Assembly: GCA_043814605.1 (NCBI GenBank)
Contig: JBDRJV010000028.1
Span: 92,350-156,349, forward strand
DNA from: Candidatus Omnitrophota bacterium
GTDB lineage: Bacteria > Omnitrophota > Gorgyraeia > B26-G9
DNA length: 64,000 nucleotides
Direction: 5' to 3'
Shown here: piece after piece, positions 9,218 through 20,600 of the stretch
Position numbering within the stretch: the first letter of the stretch is position 1
How the letters are laid out: the number at the start of each line of letters is the position of its first letter
Position numbers and translations under genes: made by a program
Notes under the pieces: model-generated
What the model saw: the letters and a program-made list of their open reading frames with translations, nothing else
The model's database searches: none
Told to the model about the DNA's origin: nothing

Positions 9218-11230
9218 CTATATTGACTGTTCGATTCTCAGGGTGAGAAAATCCTTCTGGAATTTAGGGAAAATAGCATTAATAAAAAACTCGTGCATTT
9301 TTATATCATCAGCAGAGTAAGTCTGCGTAATTTCATTGATTTTTTGTACGAGCAGCAATATCCGTTGCTTTAAATCTTTTGTATTAAGAATTTTCTGGTA
9401 TATTTTAAAATCTGGGTATTTTTTGCATACCTCTAAAAGTTTAAAGTCGACAGTTTTTTTTATAGCATTTATTAAATAATCATACGCTTGTGGATTAAGT
9501 TTCGCTAAGGCATTATGTTTTAATGCTTCTCGAATAGTAATTGGCTTAGCCTGGCCAAAAATTTGCGGCTTATTTTTGTCGTAATCATCAATGCTTAAAA
9601 TATATATTACAGTATCAAAATCAATGAGTTTTTGTTGAGGCGCCAAAATACAAGGCAACCCATTATGATCTGTCCAAAATGTAACTTTATCAGTAGAAAG
9701 ATTCTTTTCCAAGTAATATATAAGGTTCTGTCCTGGCACGAGCGTTAAATGTAATTTAGTACCAGCCACAGGTTTGTTTTCTATGCGCAGATTAGGGCCC
9801 ATCTGCCATAAGGTTAGGATATCCCCGGGCTGGTTATTGTTTTTGCTTAAGTCTAAATATTCTAAAACAGATTTACTCTCAGGATCCAGGGGTTGTTTTT
9901 TATTATGCAAAACTGGTATTTTTTTATGAGTACTGCGCAAAGTTTGATTTTTTGAACCAAATATTTGTATAGGGAAAGATTGTTTTTCTTGATTTTCTTG
10001 ACTTTTAATATGTGAAATAATTAATTTTTTACCGGATACAATCACTTGTATTTCTACATTTTCCTGAGGGTTAAAGTTATTTGGCAAAATATGTTTTTTA
10101 CAGAAATTTACATAACGCTGTGTTTTATCCAATACCTGAACTTTGAGATATCTTACGCGGATTTGAGTGCTTTTTATTTTTAATGAGTCTAGCAGATTGA
10201 AAAGAGCAGAATAGGTCAAGAAGCTTTTTCCACTCTCGTTGCTTATAGTCAGAAATAAGTGCCATTGCCCATCTTCTGGATTGTAATATTCAATACGTAT
10301 AAAATCATCAAAAAATTTATTTTCTGTTTGCTGTTCTGCAGTTGAACTAAGCGGATAAAGCCGATAAGGGCTGCCGTTTTCTGTCCAGATTAACAGCAAA
10401 GAGTTTATAAAAGGACTAAAATATTTTTGCGCGGGAAATTTTGTTAAGTATCGAAACGCTTTTAAATCATTAGTTGGTATCCCGGCAATAAATCCGGTCC
10501 AGGCATTGTATTTTTCTTTTACCTCAAGCTGAGTATCATAAAGTATGCCTTGTTTTGTATAAAATTCAAAAGGTATTAAAAAATTTGGATCAGCTTTATC
10601 GTAATGATTGCGGCAAACCGCTCTTAAGATCGGAAAGTCTGAATTTGGATTTTGAGAAAAGAACATCCTGACTGGCTGGCTGCTCTGACCGGCATAACGT
10701 ATATAATATTTGCCCCATAATATAATATCTGTATTTTTTTTTGTTTTTTTACCCTCAATAATCAAAACCGGATGAGTTTTTAATAATTTATTTAGCGATA
10801 GCTTTAACTGCGTCATGTTTTTTTGTTTGTCGATGATATTTCCGTTTAAATCAAGGATTATAAAAAATCCTTGTTGAATCAGTTCTTTTCTTTGTCCAAT
10901 AGTCTGGGCTTTAAGCCAGGGGGTTTGAGTTAAGTCTTTATTATGCCAGGAATCAGCCATCACCGCGTTATAATTTAATTCCCAATCTTTCAGCGGGAAT
11001 TGAGAGCTGTTTTTTAATGTTACATAGCTGTTATTTACCCAGCTCTTTGGCAGAGCAAGAATAGAAAGGCTTATCTGCGGGGAAAGCATGTTTTGTTGTA
11101 TTTTTTCAACTCCGGCAATCACTGTAGATTGGGGCAGGCATATCAGACAAATAAAACTACAAAAAGCAAATAAGCAAAGCATTTTTATTATTCTGTTATT
11201 TGTAGCCATATTTTCCCCCTCAAAAAGCAT
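9218..11230 (-). CDS. Large secreted hypothetical protein (670 aa) with signal peptide
   Basis: N-terminal hydrophobic signal (MLCLFAFCSFICLICLP); no motif recognised. The likely true start is the internal Met of MATNN. Confidence 0.5.
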   Translation of the reverse strand: MLFEGENMATNNRIIKMLCLFAFCSFICLICLPQSTVIAGVEKIQQNMLSPQISLSILALPKSWVNNSYVTLKNSSQFPLKDWELNYNAVMADSWHNKDLTQTPWLKAQTIGQRKELIQQGFFIILDLNGNIIDKQKNMTQLKLSLNKLLKTHPVLIIEGKKTKKNTDIILWGKYYIRYAGQSSQPVRMFFSQNPNSDFPILRAVCRNHYDKADPNFLIPFEFYTKQGILYDTQLEVKEKYNAWTGFIAGIPTNDLKAFRYLTKFPAQKYFSPFINSLLLIWTENGSPYRLYPLSSTAEQQTENKFFDDFIRIEYYNPEDGQWHLFLTISNESGKSFLTYSALFNLLDSLKIKSTQIRVRYLKVQVLDKTQRYVNFCKKHILPNNFNPQENVEIQVIVSGKKLIISHIKSQENQEKQSFPIQIFGSKNQTLRSTHKKIPVLHNKKQPLDPESKSVLEYLDLSKNNNQPGDILTLWQMGPNLRIENKPVAGTKLHLTLVPGQNLIYYLEKNLSTDKVTFWTDHNGLPCILAPQQKLIDFDTVIYILSIDDYDKNKPQIFGQAKPITIREALKHNALAKLNPQAYDYLINAIKKTVDFKLLEVCKKYPDFKIYQKILNTKDLKQRILLLVQKINEITQTYSADDIKMHEFFINAIFPKFQKDFLTLRIEQSI

Positions 11231-11555
11231 AATTCTCCTATTTAAAAGTAATAAAATATAGCATATTATTAAAGTTTATGCAATAAGCCTGGCTGTACGC
11301 TTTGAGGAATAGTTCTAAAGGTATTGTGAACAACCCTTCATTGTCTAATGATCTTAAAAATTTTCTGATTTTTATATAAATTTCTATATTCTTAAACTAT
11401 TATTTAACAATATGTTACAGCAATAATTACTCAAGCTTAAATAAAAGTTTTCAAACCCTTGTAAAATCTTAAAGCTTATGGTACACTTTAAAACCTTTTT
11501 TATATATAGAAAAAATAGTCAATAAATAATTAATCAAAAAGAAAGAAAATTAAAA

Positions 11556-12179
11556 ATGGTAAAAATTAATAAAAGTATATTTAGCCGGGCGATTTATTAT
11601 CTAGAGCATCATGAGAAATCCATGCGGGTTCCAGCCTGGATAATCCGCCATCAAAAAGAGGTATTTTTTATTGCCTATCGTATGGGAGAGGTTTTAGGGT
11701 TTGCTTCGGAAAACTTAACTGCCTTAGCAATTACCGCCCGTTTTCACGATATTGGCAAAAGCAATATTGACCCGGGCATTATTAATAATCAAGGTGTTCT
11801 TAGCGATGCGCAGCGTTATGAAGTTTTTGAGCATGTACTTTTTTCTTATCAAATTCTAAAGAAAAAAGGCATAAATTCAAAGATTATTTTAAAAAGCGTG
11901 TTTCATCATCATGAGAATTATGACGGCAGTGGTTATCCGGATAAATTGCGTGCAACAGAAATCCCTGTTTTTGCCCAGATTTTAAGAATTGCGGATTCCT
12001 TCAGTGCCATGCTTGGAGCGCGGCCTTACCGCAACCCTAAGGGAAAAAATTTCAAATCTGCTCTTACGCAAATCGAAAACGGCCGGGGAACATTCTATAA
12101 CCCTAAGATGGTAGATGTTTTTTTAAGGATATTACAAACACCGGATAAAAGCGATTTAATCCCCGGGTTAAACTATTAA
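11556..12179 (+). CDS. Stand-alone HD-GYP domain c-di-GMP phosphodiesterase
   Basis: HDIGK and HHHENYDGSGYPDKL motifs. Confidence 0.8.
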   Translation: MVKINKSIFSRAIYYLEHHEKSMRVPAWIIRHQKEVFFIAYRMGEVLGFASENLTALAITARFHDIGKSNIDPGIINNQGVLSDAQRYEVFEHVLFSYQILKKKGINSKIILKSVFHHHENYDGSGYPDKLRATEIPVFAQILRIADSFSAMLGARPYRNPKGKNFKSALTQIENGRGTFYNPKMVDVFLRILQTPDKSDLIPGLNY

Positions 12180-12209
12180 CACGGATAAAAAAGAAAGAAA
12201 ATTTTTGTA

Positions 12210-15200
12210 ATGCATAATTCTCAAATTTTTCATAAAAAAATCATCCAAAGAATTTTTAGCGTGCTGATTATCAGCGTAATGCTTACCAGTAATATTGCCT
12301 GGGCTGCATTAGATAATCATAATGTTGATACTTTAGCTCCGGCCTTGAATTTAAAAACAGATATTTTTCAGCAAGGAGTTCAAAAGCTGATACAAGACTT
12401 ATCCTCGGATATAGCAGTTGTAACTGACCTCGAAAAAGTAAAAAACATATTATCTGATGATCCAAATTTAGCAAATAACCCCACAATAATAAAAATGCTT
12501 GCAGCTTATGAACAAGCACTTGAGTTTAATTCTCTGGCTATGCAGCAAGTAGCTTTGGCTGAGCAGATGCAAGCAATAGGCAATTTTAAAAGCAAGCAAG
12601 AATATATAGAAAGATTAAAAATGATAGAAAGTTATTTTCTTGATGCGATAAAAATGCTAGATTTGCATTTAAATAATATAGAGAAGGTAAGGGGGATTTT
12701 ACCAGAAGAAAAAAACCAGGTTTTATACGAGATTGCCAGGCTTGGAGCAGAAATATGCGCATCTTTAGCAGATTTTTATTCATTAAATACACACAAATCA
12801 AACCAGTTCTGGATGAAAGCAGAAAAAAACATGGCATTTGCTTTTTCTTTATCTAATATAAAAATTGATTTTTATGCATTAGTCAAAATGGCCACAATTT
12901 ATGGGAAGCTAAGTTTACAATCATCTCTTAAAACAAAAGAAAAAATTAATTTAGTTGATAAATCAATAGCTTTTTTTAAAAAAGCAGAAGAGCAAATACC
13001 TAATCTTGCTAAAATCAAAAAAACAGCTGCAGATATTGCGGATATGTATTCTACATTTTGTAACGTATTTCATGCGGCAGCCTTTTTTGCCGAAGCATTA
13101 CCAGATTATGATAAAGCGTTAAGATATTATGATCAAGCGGAAAAGTTAATCCCGCATTTTATTCAGGATAAATCATATTTAGCAATTATAAAAAAAATGC
13201 ATAAGGATTATTATAATTTAGTTTGGGATTATGCTTCAGCATTGCTTGAAAAAGCAGAAAAACTGAAACCAGAGGAACAAGAAGAACGCAAAAAAGCAAT
13301 AAAGGGATTTTTTCATATTACCAGCCGTATTGCTTTAAAATATTTATCGTATTGTTCAAAAAATGAATTAACAACAGAAGAAAGTATTGAGCCTTTATCT
13401 ATTATTGTGGGCTCGAATCTCGTAGTCGCAACCATTGAATTGGATACAATTAAAAATATAAGCAAAGCTAATCAAAGCTTAAGGCAGGCAGCAGATAACT
13501 TAACTAAAGTAAACCAGTTAAAGCTGTTTAATCCCTTCGACAGTTTTAATAAAGCCCGGTTATATATTCTTTTTATAACTCAACGGATTCAGATGCTTAA
13601 ACAACTGATTTTAAGTGGCGAAGTTTTTAAAAATAATTTTAAAATCACAGAGTATTTAGAACCGGAATTTTTTGGAGAATTTATTAGCCGTTATGAACAA
13701 GGGGAATATAAAGAATTGTTTAGAAAAATACATGCTGAGCAAAAAGATCCTCTTAATCTTGAAAAATTGAGCCAGCAAATATATCTCTATTCTATAATGA
13801 ATAGTAAAGTTTTAAAATTGTTGCAAGAATGTACAGATGCCACCACCAAGGACTTTCAAAGAATTTATGGGGATATTGAATATGAAAAAAAATATAAGGA
13901 GTTTAAACAATATAGATTTAAAGCAGCCATAACAGCTGCAGGGTTATATGTGGTTAACCAGCAATTTAAGCGGGCACAAAAATGTATTAATGTTGCAGTG
14001 CAGGATCAGGCACGATTTATTTCAACTGATTCTTTTCATGAAACAATATTGCCCCAGCTAATACTGGCTCAAGAAAATGGGTTAAATTTTTTAGTCCAAT
14101 TATTATCAAAAAAAGAGGTTAACGAGATTTTAGTTGAAAATTTTATTTCCCATAAGCATGATTTAACTCAAGAAATAATAACATTTTTTACACAAGTTTT
14201 AGATTCCCCGGAGTATAGTTTTTTGCTTAAACAAAACCACATTGTAAAGCTTATCAAAGAACTGGAATTACCGCTTAAAGTCCTTAATAAACAAAAACAA
14301 GATGCAATTCAATCCCCGCAAACAGACGAAATGTTAATTACTGCAGCCAAACAAGCAATAGAGGCATTAAACGGTAACGGCAACGGAAAAACAAAAAAGA
14401 AAAAACAGAAAAAAATAAAAGGTATTGATTTAAAAACAAGCCAAGGCCGCAGGGTTCAGAACGCCTTAACCGTAATTATTGAAAAAGTAGATAACACACC
14501 AAAAAAGAAAGAACAAATAATTACAAAACTAACTGATTATATGCAAACAGTAGTTAATGAGGCTTTAATCCTTAAACAGGCAAATAATATCAGGATGATT
14601 GCCGAGATTTTTGTTTTAACAGAAACAAATTATGGACTGGAGGTTTTGCGAGAATTGGGGCAAGCTGCCGGTACGCCGGCTATTGATTCATTAAGAGAAG
14701 AAATAAATCAATCCTGCAGACAACAGGAGATATATTTAAACAATATGGTTGAAGTTGAGTTAATCGCGCAAGATATAATTGCCCGCTTGGCTAAAATGGA
14801 TACCGCAGATGTCCAGGCGGATAATTTTATTAACGGTATTGAACAAGAATCCCAGAAGTTGCAAAATAAGTATTCTTTTGACAAAGCCAAAGGCAGCAAA
14901 TTAAAAGCTGATTATCAGGCTAAAATTACGCAGGCTTTAATAAGTGCGCGGCAAAGAGTAGAAACAGTAAAAGAAAATAAAATTAGTGTTTTTGAGAGAA
15001 AAGCAGACAGAATTGAAGGCAAATTAAAAGCAAAAATAGAAAAAATTATTAATAAAGAAAATCAGTCTAATTTTCAAAAATATTATTATTTAAAACAATG
15101 GTGGAAAACTTTAGAGTTGCCTTATGCAGACGAAGATATAAAAAATTCACCCAGATGCATACAAGCACAAGAAAAAATCAACTCAACAAAAACAGCAATA

Positions 15201-16094
15201 GATATACAGGTTAACGAAAAACTTTCTCAATTGGCAAAGATGTGTAAAGGAGGAGTTGTTTTTGGGTTATCTGATGATTTTAATACTTTGACTTTTGAAG
15301 TGGTTAAAAAGGTTCATGGACTATCCGAACTTTTTGCTCAGGAAGCAGAGATGCTAATCCCTCAGGCATTAGAATCAAATCCGCAGGTTAATATTATTGC
15401 CTTAACCCCAACCTATGTGGGATTTATTGAACCGACGATAAATAAATGGCAGGAGAAATTAACACAGGCGCGAAAAAAGCAACAAGAAGTTAATGATTTT
15501 ATTAACAAATGCAGTAAAAAAGAAGAATTTCTTAAAGCTGGTTTTAAAAAGATTGTTAATGAGAATAAAAATAGATTCCATAAAATAGAATTGCTTAACA
15601 ATTTCTTCCCTGCACAAAGATCATTCATCCCGCATTTAGATGAAGATATTAACGCTGATGAATACCCGGAAATTATTAAAGCCGTAGATAGTTTGGATAG
15701 CACTTATGATAATCTCTTAAAACAAAAAGATAATTTATCAATTATTTGTTTTGGCAAGCTCAGGATAAAGTTATCTTATGATCCAGACGAAGGGGGATTG
15801 CTGCCAGAGTTTAGTTATGTTAATCCCCAGGATAGGGCGATTAATATTATTCCCGAACAGATAGCGGCAATTCTTGATGATTTACTTGAATTCAACCCAG
15901 ACGTAGATGCTTTTTCAGTAGGAGCAGGCATATCCGGAGAAGAAGAATGGGTTATTGATCTTGCGGATATTTTTGATCGAGAAAAAGAAAAGTTTGATCA
16001 AGCACGCAAAAAGCAGCAAGTAATTCACACAAAAGTTTCTCCAGATACACAATTAACTAATCAATGCAATGTTTTTATCCAATATGCAATTTAA
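12210..16094 (+). CDS. Giant (1294 aa) membrane-anchored alpha-helical/coiled-coil protein, unknown function, 30 nt downstream of the HD-GYP gene
   Basis: N-terminal TM/signal (IIQRIFSVLIISVMLTSNIAWA); K/E/Q-rich helical repeats; poly-Lys patch KKKKQKKIKG. Shares an 'aaaagaaagaaaat' RBS-region motif with the upstream gene. Confidence 0.45.
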   Translation: MHNSQIFHKKIIQRIFSVLIISVMLTSNIAWAALDNHNVDTLAPALNLKTDIFQQGVQKLIQDLSSDIAVVTDLEKVKNILSDDPNLANNPTIIKMLAAYEQALEFNSLAMQQVALAEQMQAIGNFKSKQEYIERLKMIESYFLDAIKMLDLHLNNIEKVRGILPEEKNQVLYEIARLGAEICASLADFYSLNTHKSNQFWMKAEKNMAFAFSLSNIKIDFYALVKMATIYGKLSLQSSLKTKEKINLVDKSIAFFKKAEEQIPNLAKIKKTAADIADMYSTFCNVFHAAAFFAEALPDYDKALRYYDQAEKLIPHFIQDKSYLAIIKKMHKDYYNLVWDYASALLEKAEKLKPEEQEERKKAIKGFFHITSRIALKYLSYCSKNELTTEESIEPLSIIVGSNLVVATIELDTIKNISKANQSLRQAADNLTKVNQLKLFNPFDSFNKARLYILFITQRIQMLKQLILSGEVFKNNFKITEYLEPEFFGEFISRYEQGEYKELFRKIHAEQKDPLNLEKLSQQIYLYSIMNSKVLKLLQECTDATTKDFQRIYGDIEYEKKYKEFKQYRFKAAITAAGLYVVNQQFKRAQKCINVAVQDQARFISTDSFHETILPQLILAQENGLNFLVQLLSKKEVNEILVENFISHKHDLTQEIITFFTQVLDSPEYSFLLKQNHIVKLIKELELPLKVLNKQKQDAIQSPQTDEMLITAAKQAIEALNGNGNGKTKKKKQKKIKGIDLKTSQGRRVQNALTVIIEKVDNTPKKKEQIITKLTDYMQTVVNEALILKQANNIRMIAEIFVLTETNYGLEVLRELGQAAGTPAIDSLREEINQSCRQQEIYLNNMVEVELIAQDIIARLAKMDTADVQADNFINGIEQESQKLQNKYSFDKAKGSKLKADYQAKITQALISARQRVETVKENKISVFERKADRIEGKLKAKIEKIINKENQSNFQKYYYLKQWWKTLELPYADEDIKNSPRCIQAQEKINSTKTAIDIQVNEKLSQLAKMCKGGVVFGLSDDFNTLTFEVVKKVHGLSELFAQEAEMLIPQALESNPQVNIIALTPTYVGFIEPTINKWQEKLTQARKKQQEVNDFINKCSKKEEFLKAGFKKIVNENKNRFHKIELLNNFFPAQRSFIPHLDEDINADEYPEIIKAVDSLDSTYDNLLKQKDNLSIICFGKLRIKLSYDPDEGGLLPEFSYVNPQDRAINIIPEQIAAILDDLLEFNPDVDAFSVGAGISGEEEWVIDLADIFDREKEKFDQARKKQQVIHTKVSPDTQLTNQCNVFIQYAI

Positions 16095-16211
16095 TTATTC
16101 TAAATAATTGGATAAGAGCAGCAATCCATTTCTTAATTAATTTTTTATTCAATATGCAGATAACCTTGATTTTAATCAGAGTTTATGTTATTTTGATAAC
16201 CACTGATAGAT

Positions 16212-16757
16212 ATGAAAAAATTTAATCCACGCAAACAGCATAAATTAAAAGATTATAATTATTCGCGAACAGGGTATTATTATATTACAATATGTACCTA
16301 TAATCGCAGGGAGATTTTTGGCAGCATTCAAAATAATTATATGATTTTAAATGATTACGGTAATATTGCAAGTAAAACATAGGATAAAATTCCCGAGCAT
16401 TTTGCAGATATTGAATTAGATGAATATGTGATAATGCCTAATCATATTCATGGGATAGTCAATATTAAAAATCCTGTAGGGGACGGGCATGCCCGTCCCT
16501 ATTATAAAAACAATAAATTATCAATAATTATTGGTTCATTTAAATCAGCAGTTTCCAAAAAGATAAACATAATTTATGATGGTTTGTTTAAATGGCAACG
16601 ATCGTATTACGATAATGTAATTAGAACAACAAATTCATTACATAAAATAAGGCAATATATTAAAGAAAATCCATCGATGTGGGCAATGGATGAAAATAAT
16701 ATTGTAAATTATCAAGTAAGGGACAAGGCATGCCTTGTCCCTACAGGAACAGAATAA
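16212..16757 (+). pseudogene. tnpA: IS200/RAYT-like Y1 (HuH) tyrosine transposase interrupted by one in-frame TAG (16380-16382)
   Basis: Single frame reads MKKFNPRKQHKLKDYNYSRTGYYYITICTYNRREIFG...ASKT*DKIPEHFADIELDEYVIMPNHIHGIV...WQRSYYDNVIR (HuH HIHGIV plus catalytic SYYD Tyr). TAG is a real stop elsewhere in the window (e.g. MscS, MBL genes), so this is a nonsense mutation or sequencing error. Confidence 0.75.
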
Positions 16758-16825
16758 ATATTAAAAGACTTCTCGCCCTGAAAACAGGGTTCGAAGTTCT
16801 CAAAATTTGTTTCACAAATTTCGCG

Positions 16826-16915
16826 GGAGAGGTGCCGGAGCGGTTTAACGGGCATGCCTGGAGAGCATGTGTAGTCGCAAGGCTACCCAGGGTTCGAATC
16901 CCTGCCTCTCCGCCA
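16826..16915 (+). tRNA. tRNA-Ser (anticodon GGA), type II with long variable arm, CCA encoded
   Basis: Acceptor ggagagg/cctctcc; 3-bp D-stem ccg/cgg; anticodon stem catgc/gcatg with loop cuGGAga; long variable arm; T-arm caggg-ttcgaat-ccctg; discriminator G plus CCA. Confidence 0.85.
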
Positions 16916-17485
16916 AAAATAAAATCCCCTTTTCAGGGGTTTTTATTTCATAGAGGGAAACGAAGTTTTTACCTATGGGCGCTCGTTCCGCCGATGGCGG
17001 GAGCTCGCTGTCACTCCTTTCCATAATGTTGAATTCTTAGTCAAAAAAGATGGGGAGTATTATCCACTTTTTATTTAAAAATCTTTGCCCATCATAGTAA
17101 TTCCTTTAAAATCAATAAGTTAAGTTAAAACAGTTGACAAAGGAAGATTTAGAATGTATACTTAGTAATAGGATTTACAAAGTTTTTATTAACATTTGGA
17201 CAGTTAAATTGAAAGGTGCAAGATAAAGAGACAGGGAAAAAGAAAAAGGAAATTATATTATTTTTGATTACTGAAAAGTAATTATTAAAATTTGTTATTA
17301 GTAGCCCCTATCTCCCAATTGAATACCCTTCAATTATTAAATATCCGAAAAGGCAAACCCTAAGCAATTAGGGGACCCCGGCGATAATTATTCCGGGTCC
17401 CGCCAAAGGCGGGAGCAAAGCTACGGGTCTTTTATCCAAAGATTGCCGAGCATACCGATAACGCGCAGATTAAAAATTGGACAAG

Positions 17486-17541
17486 ACAGCCGAGCTGCCG
17501 AAGTATCTAGATGATGCTTTAGTAGTTCGGCTGTTTTTTTA
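17486..17541 (+). terminator. Hairpin + T7 (acagccga..tcggctgt-ttttttt), 75 nt upstream of the C25 peptidase start; terminator or attenuator of an upstream small transcript
   Basis: 8-bp stem plus T-run. Preceded by GC hairpins ggaccccgg..ccgggtcc and cccgcc-aaagg-cggg in the tRNA-peptidase spacer. Confidence 0.5.
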
Positions 17542-17615
17542 TAACTGAAGCGTATCAGTATGTTAAAGTATTTAGGATAGGTTATTGTTGTAACAAAAAA
17601 ACGGAGGTAACGATT

Positions 17616-20600
17616 ATGAAGAAATTGTTTATAGTTTTATTTGTTTTAAGTATGTTTTCTTTTTTATATTGTATCATTTTTACGAATAATGTGTTTGCTG
17701 AAGAGATTAGAATACCAATTGAGTTCCCTGAACCAATACTTACCCCTGCAAGTAATGGTTATTGGCATATTGAGATGAATGGCATGCGTAGTATTGCCAA
17801 TCCTGGAGAGCCTGTTTTACCGGTAAAAGGGGTAAAGGCACTTATACCTTATAATAACGAAATAAAATCATATCATGTTGAATTAGGCCGGAGGATTGAA
17901 CAGTTTGGTTCTTATAAGATTGAACCTGGCCAAAAAGAGTATCCGTTAAGTTATGAAGGAAAGATAGACTACACCCAGCCTAAGAAAGAAATTTATAAAA
18001 GTGCTGGTGTTTATCCTGCAAAGCGAGCATCTGATAAATTTAACAAACAGCGCTTACATGGATATGAGATTGCGGTTATAAATCTGCATCCTGTGGAATA
18101 TACTCCGATTTCTGGAAAGATTGCTTATTATGATTCAATGACTTTAGTGATAAAAACTCAGAAAAAGTCTAGCACAGCAGCGCCGTTTATTAATCGCCAC
18201 AGCCCTGGAAAAGAAAGGAAATGCCAGGTAAAGAATTTGCCAAGGCATAGAAAAAAATTATTAAGTCTGATTGACAATCCTCAAACTCTAGATACCTATA
18301 ATAGCGCAGTTGATACACAAGATAATAGCGTGATTCAGCAAGAAAATTCTGGTATAGCCGACGAACAAGCAGCAGCGGCGTTTGGTATTGTGCCTTCCGG
18401 GGATTATCGATATGTGATTATTACTGCTGCGGCATTTGAAAATGTTTTTCAAGCGCTTGTTAATCATAAAATTCTCAAAGGCATAATGGCAACGATAGTA
18501 ACTACAGAATGGATATATGCTAATTATGATGGGACTCGTCCTGATGGGGGAATTGATAATGCTACCAAAATCCGGAATTTTATCATTGACGCCTATGAGA
18601 ACTGGAATACAGAATATGTACTCTTAGCTGGCGATGGCGATGGGGCGAATTTGGGAGGTGAAAGTGAAGATAGTATTATCCCTGCAAGATGCCTCCGTAG
18701 CGGCGGGGCAACTATTGCCGCGGATTTGTATTATGCTTGTTTAGATGGTAGTTTTGATAATGATCAGGATGGTGAATATGGCGAAGAAAATGATGGAATA
18801 GATGGAGAGGAAGTTGATCTTGTTGCAGAGGTGTATGTGGGCCGCGCACCAGTTGACTCAATATCTGAGGCGGAAAATTTTGTAAATAAAACTATTCAAT
18901 ACGATGAGATAGGGGGCTCTTATCTGCAGCAATGTTATATGTTAGGAGAATATTTGTGGGTTAAAACATGGGGTGCGGATTATATGGAGGAAATCCGGCT
19001 TGGCTCGGATAATTACGGCTATTCTACAATGGGGTTTATTGAGAATGAATTTTTTAATGTCAAAACGCACTATGATAAAGATAACCCTCCTGTTGGCTGT
19101 CATGGGCAGGAATTAGTGGATATTATTAATAATGAAGTTCATATATTAAATCATGTCGGGCACTGTAATAATTTCTTTCTAGCAAAACTTTATGTGCCGG
19201 ATAAGAATATCTTTGAATCTGAGGAACAAAAAAATAAGTATGCGGATGTTAACTTAATTACCAATGAGAACCCCTTTTTTATGAATAGCCAGGGGTGTTA
19301 TCCGGGAGCATTTGATAATAAGGATGCTTATACCTTAAATTATTTGCCGGATGATTGCATTGCTGAGCATTTATTGGGGGAAGAGAAAGGCGCGTTTGCC
19401 CTCATAGTTAATTCAAGATATGGATGGGGAATTTTAAATTCGACAAACGGTCCTTCACAATATTACCAGCGGCAATTCTGGGATGCGGTATTTAGGGAAG
19501 GAATATTAGAATTAGGCAGAGCTAATCAGGATTCCAAAGAAGATAATATAGAGTTTATTGATTATGGCATGAATCGTTATTGTTATTTTACAGTTAATCT
19601 CTTAGGGGATCCGCAGCTGCAGCTTCATGTAAGTATCCCTGATATTGATTTTTATCTGAGCGCTCCGTTGCTTAATAGTTGCGTAAAGGGAACTATTGAT
19701 TTGATCGGAACTGTTGATGGAAATAAGCTGGATAGCTATGAATTATACTATTGGGAGGAAAAAGATGCGGAGAATAAAATTTTATTAGGAAAGTCATTTT
19801 CTCCAGTCAACGACGGACGTTTAGGGGTCTGGGATACTACAGAATGCGTGGATGGAAATTATGTGCTTGGAGTTCGGGTGATAACAAATAGCATAGACAG
19901 CAACGCCTATTGGCTTGAACGTGCAATTAAAGTTGATAATGTAAATGAGCCGCCTGTTTTTAAACAAACATCAAGCAAAGGTGCCATTGCGAATGATGTT
20001 CTTCATCCTGAAGAACCAGAACGCGATGTTTATCTTTTGTTTTCCGTAAGTGCTGAAGATCCTGATGATCCGAACACACAAGCAGGAACACTGGTGTATT
20101 CTGCGGAAAATATTCCTCGTAGAGCAAATTTTAATGCAGATACAGGAAGTTTTTCATGGGCTCCTTTAATTTCAGATATAGGACGGCATACAGTAACATT
20201 GAAAGTCCAAGATAGTGAACATTTGATAACTCAGAATATAGATATTTATGTGTTTGAAGCTGATAGTACCAAAATAACTGGTACTAATTATTGGGATCAT
20301 TGTGATATTGATGAATATCAGGAGCCAGTGATAGGTAAAACACTTACTTATAAAGTATGGCAGAAGGACCTGGGGAGCATTGGTGCGGATAATATTATTT
20401 TTAGTAATATGTCGGAAATTGTGAAATATAATATAAATGAACCGCAAGAACCGACACGGATTAGTGATAATGGCAGGGATACGCGATTCTTAGCAGTTTC
20501 GCAGAATCGAATAGTGTGGAATACTCGGGACTACTCGAATTATGAGAAAATATTATCAGATATATTAATACATGATTTGGAAAGTGGACAGGAGAGACAA

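Noticed and set aside
16380-16382. In-frame TAG in the transposase as evidence of an alternative genetic code (amber reassignment)
   Set aside because: TAG is used as a genuine terminator by several clearly complete genes in the window (e.g. 27457-28509, 29045-29788). TGA and TAA are also used as stops, so standard code 11 applies.
16730-17026. 98-aa ORF on + strand
   Set aside because: It overlaps and reads through the tRNA-Ser gene (16826-16915). The composition is driven by the tRNA sequence, so it is not coding.
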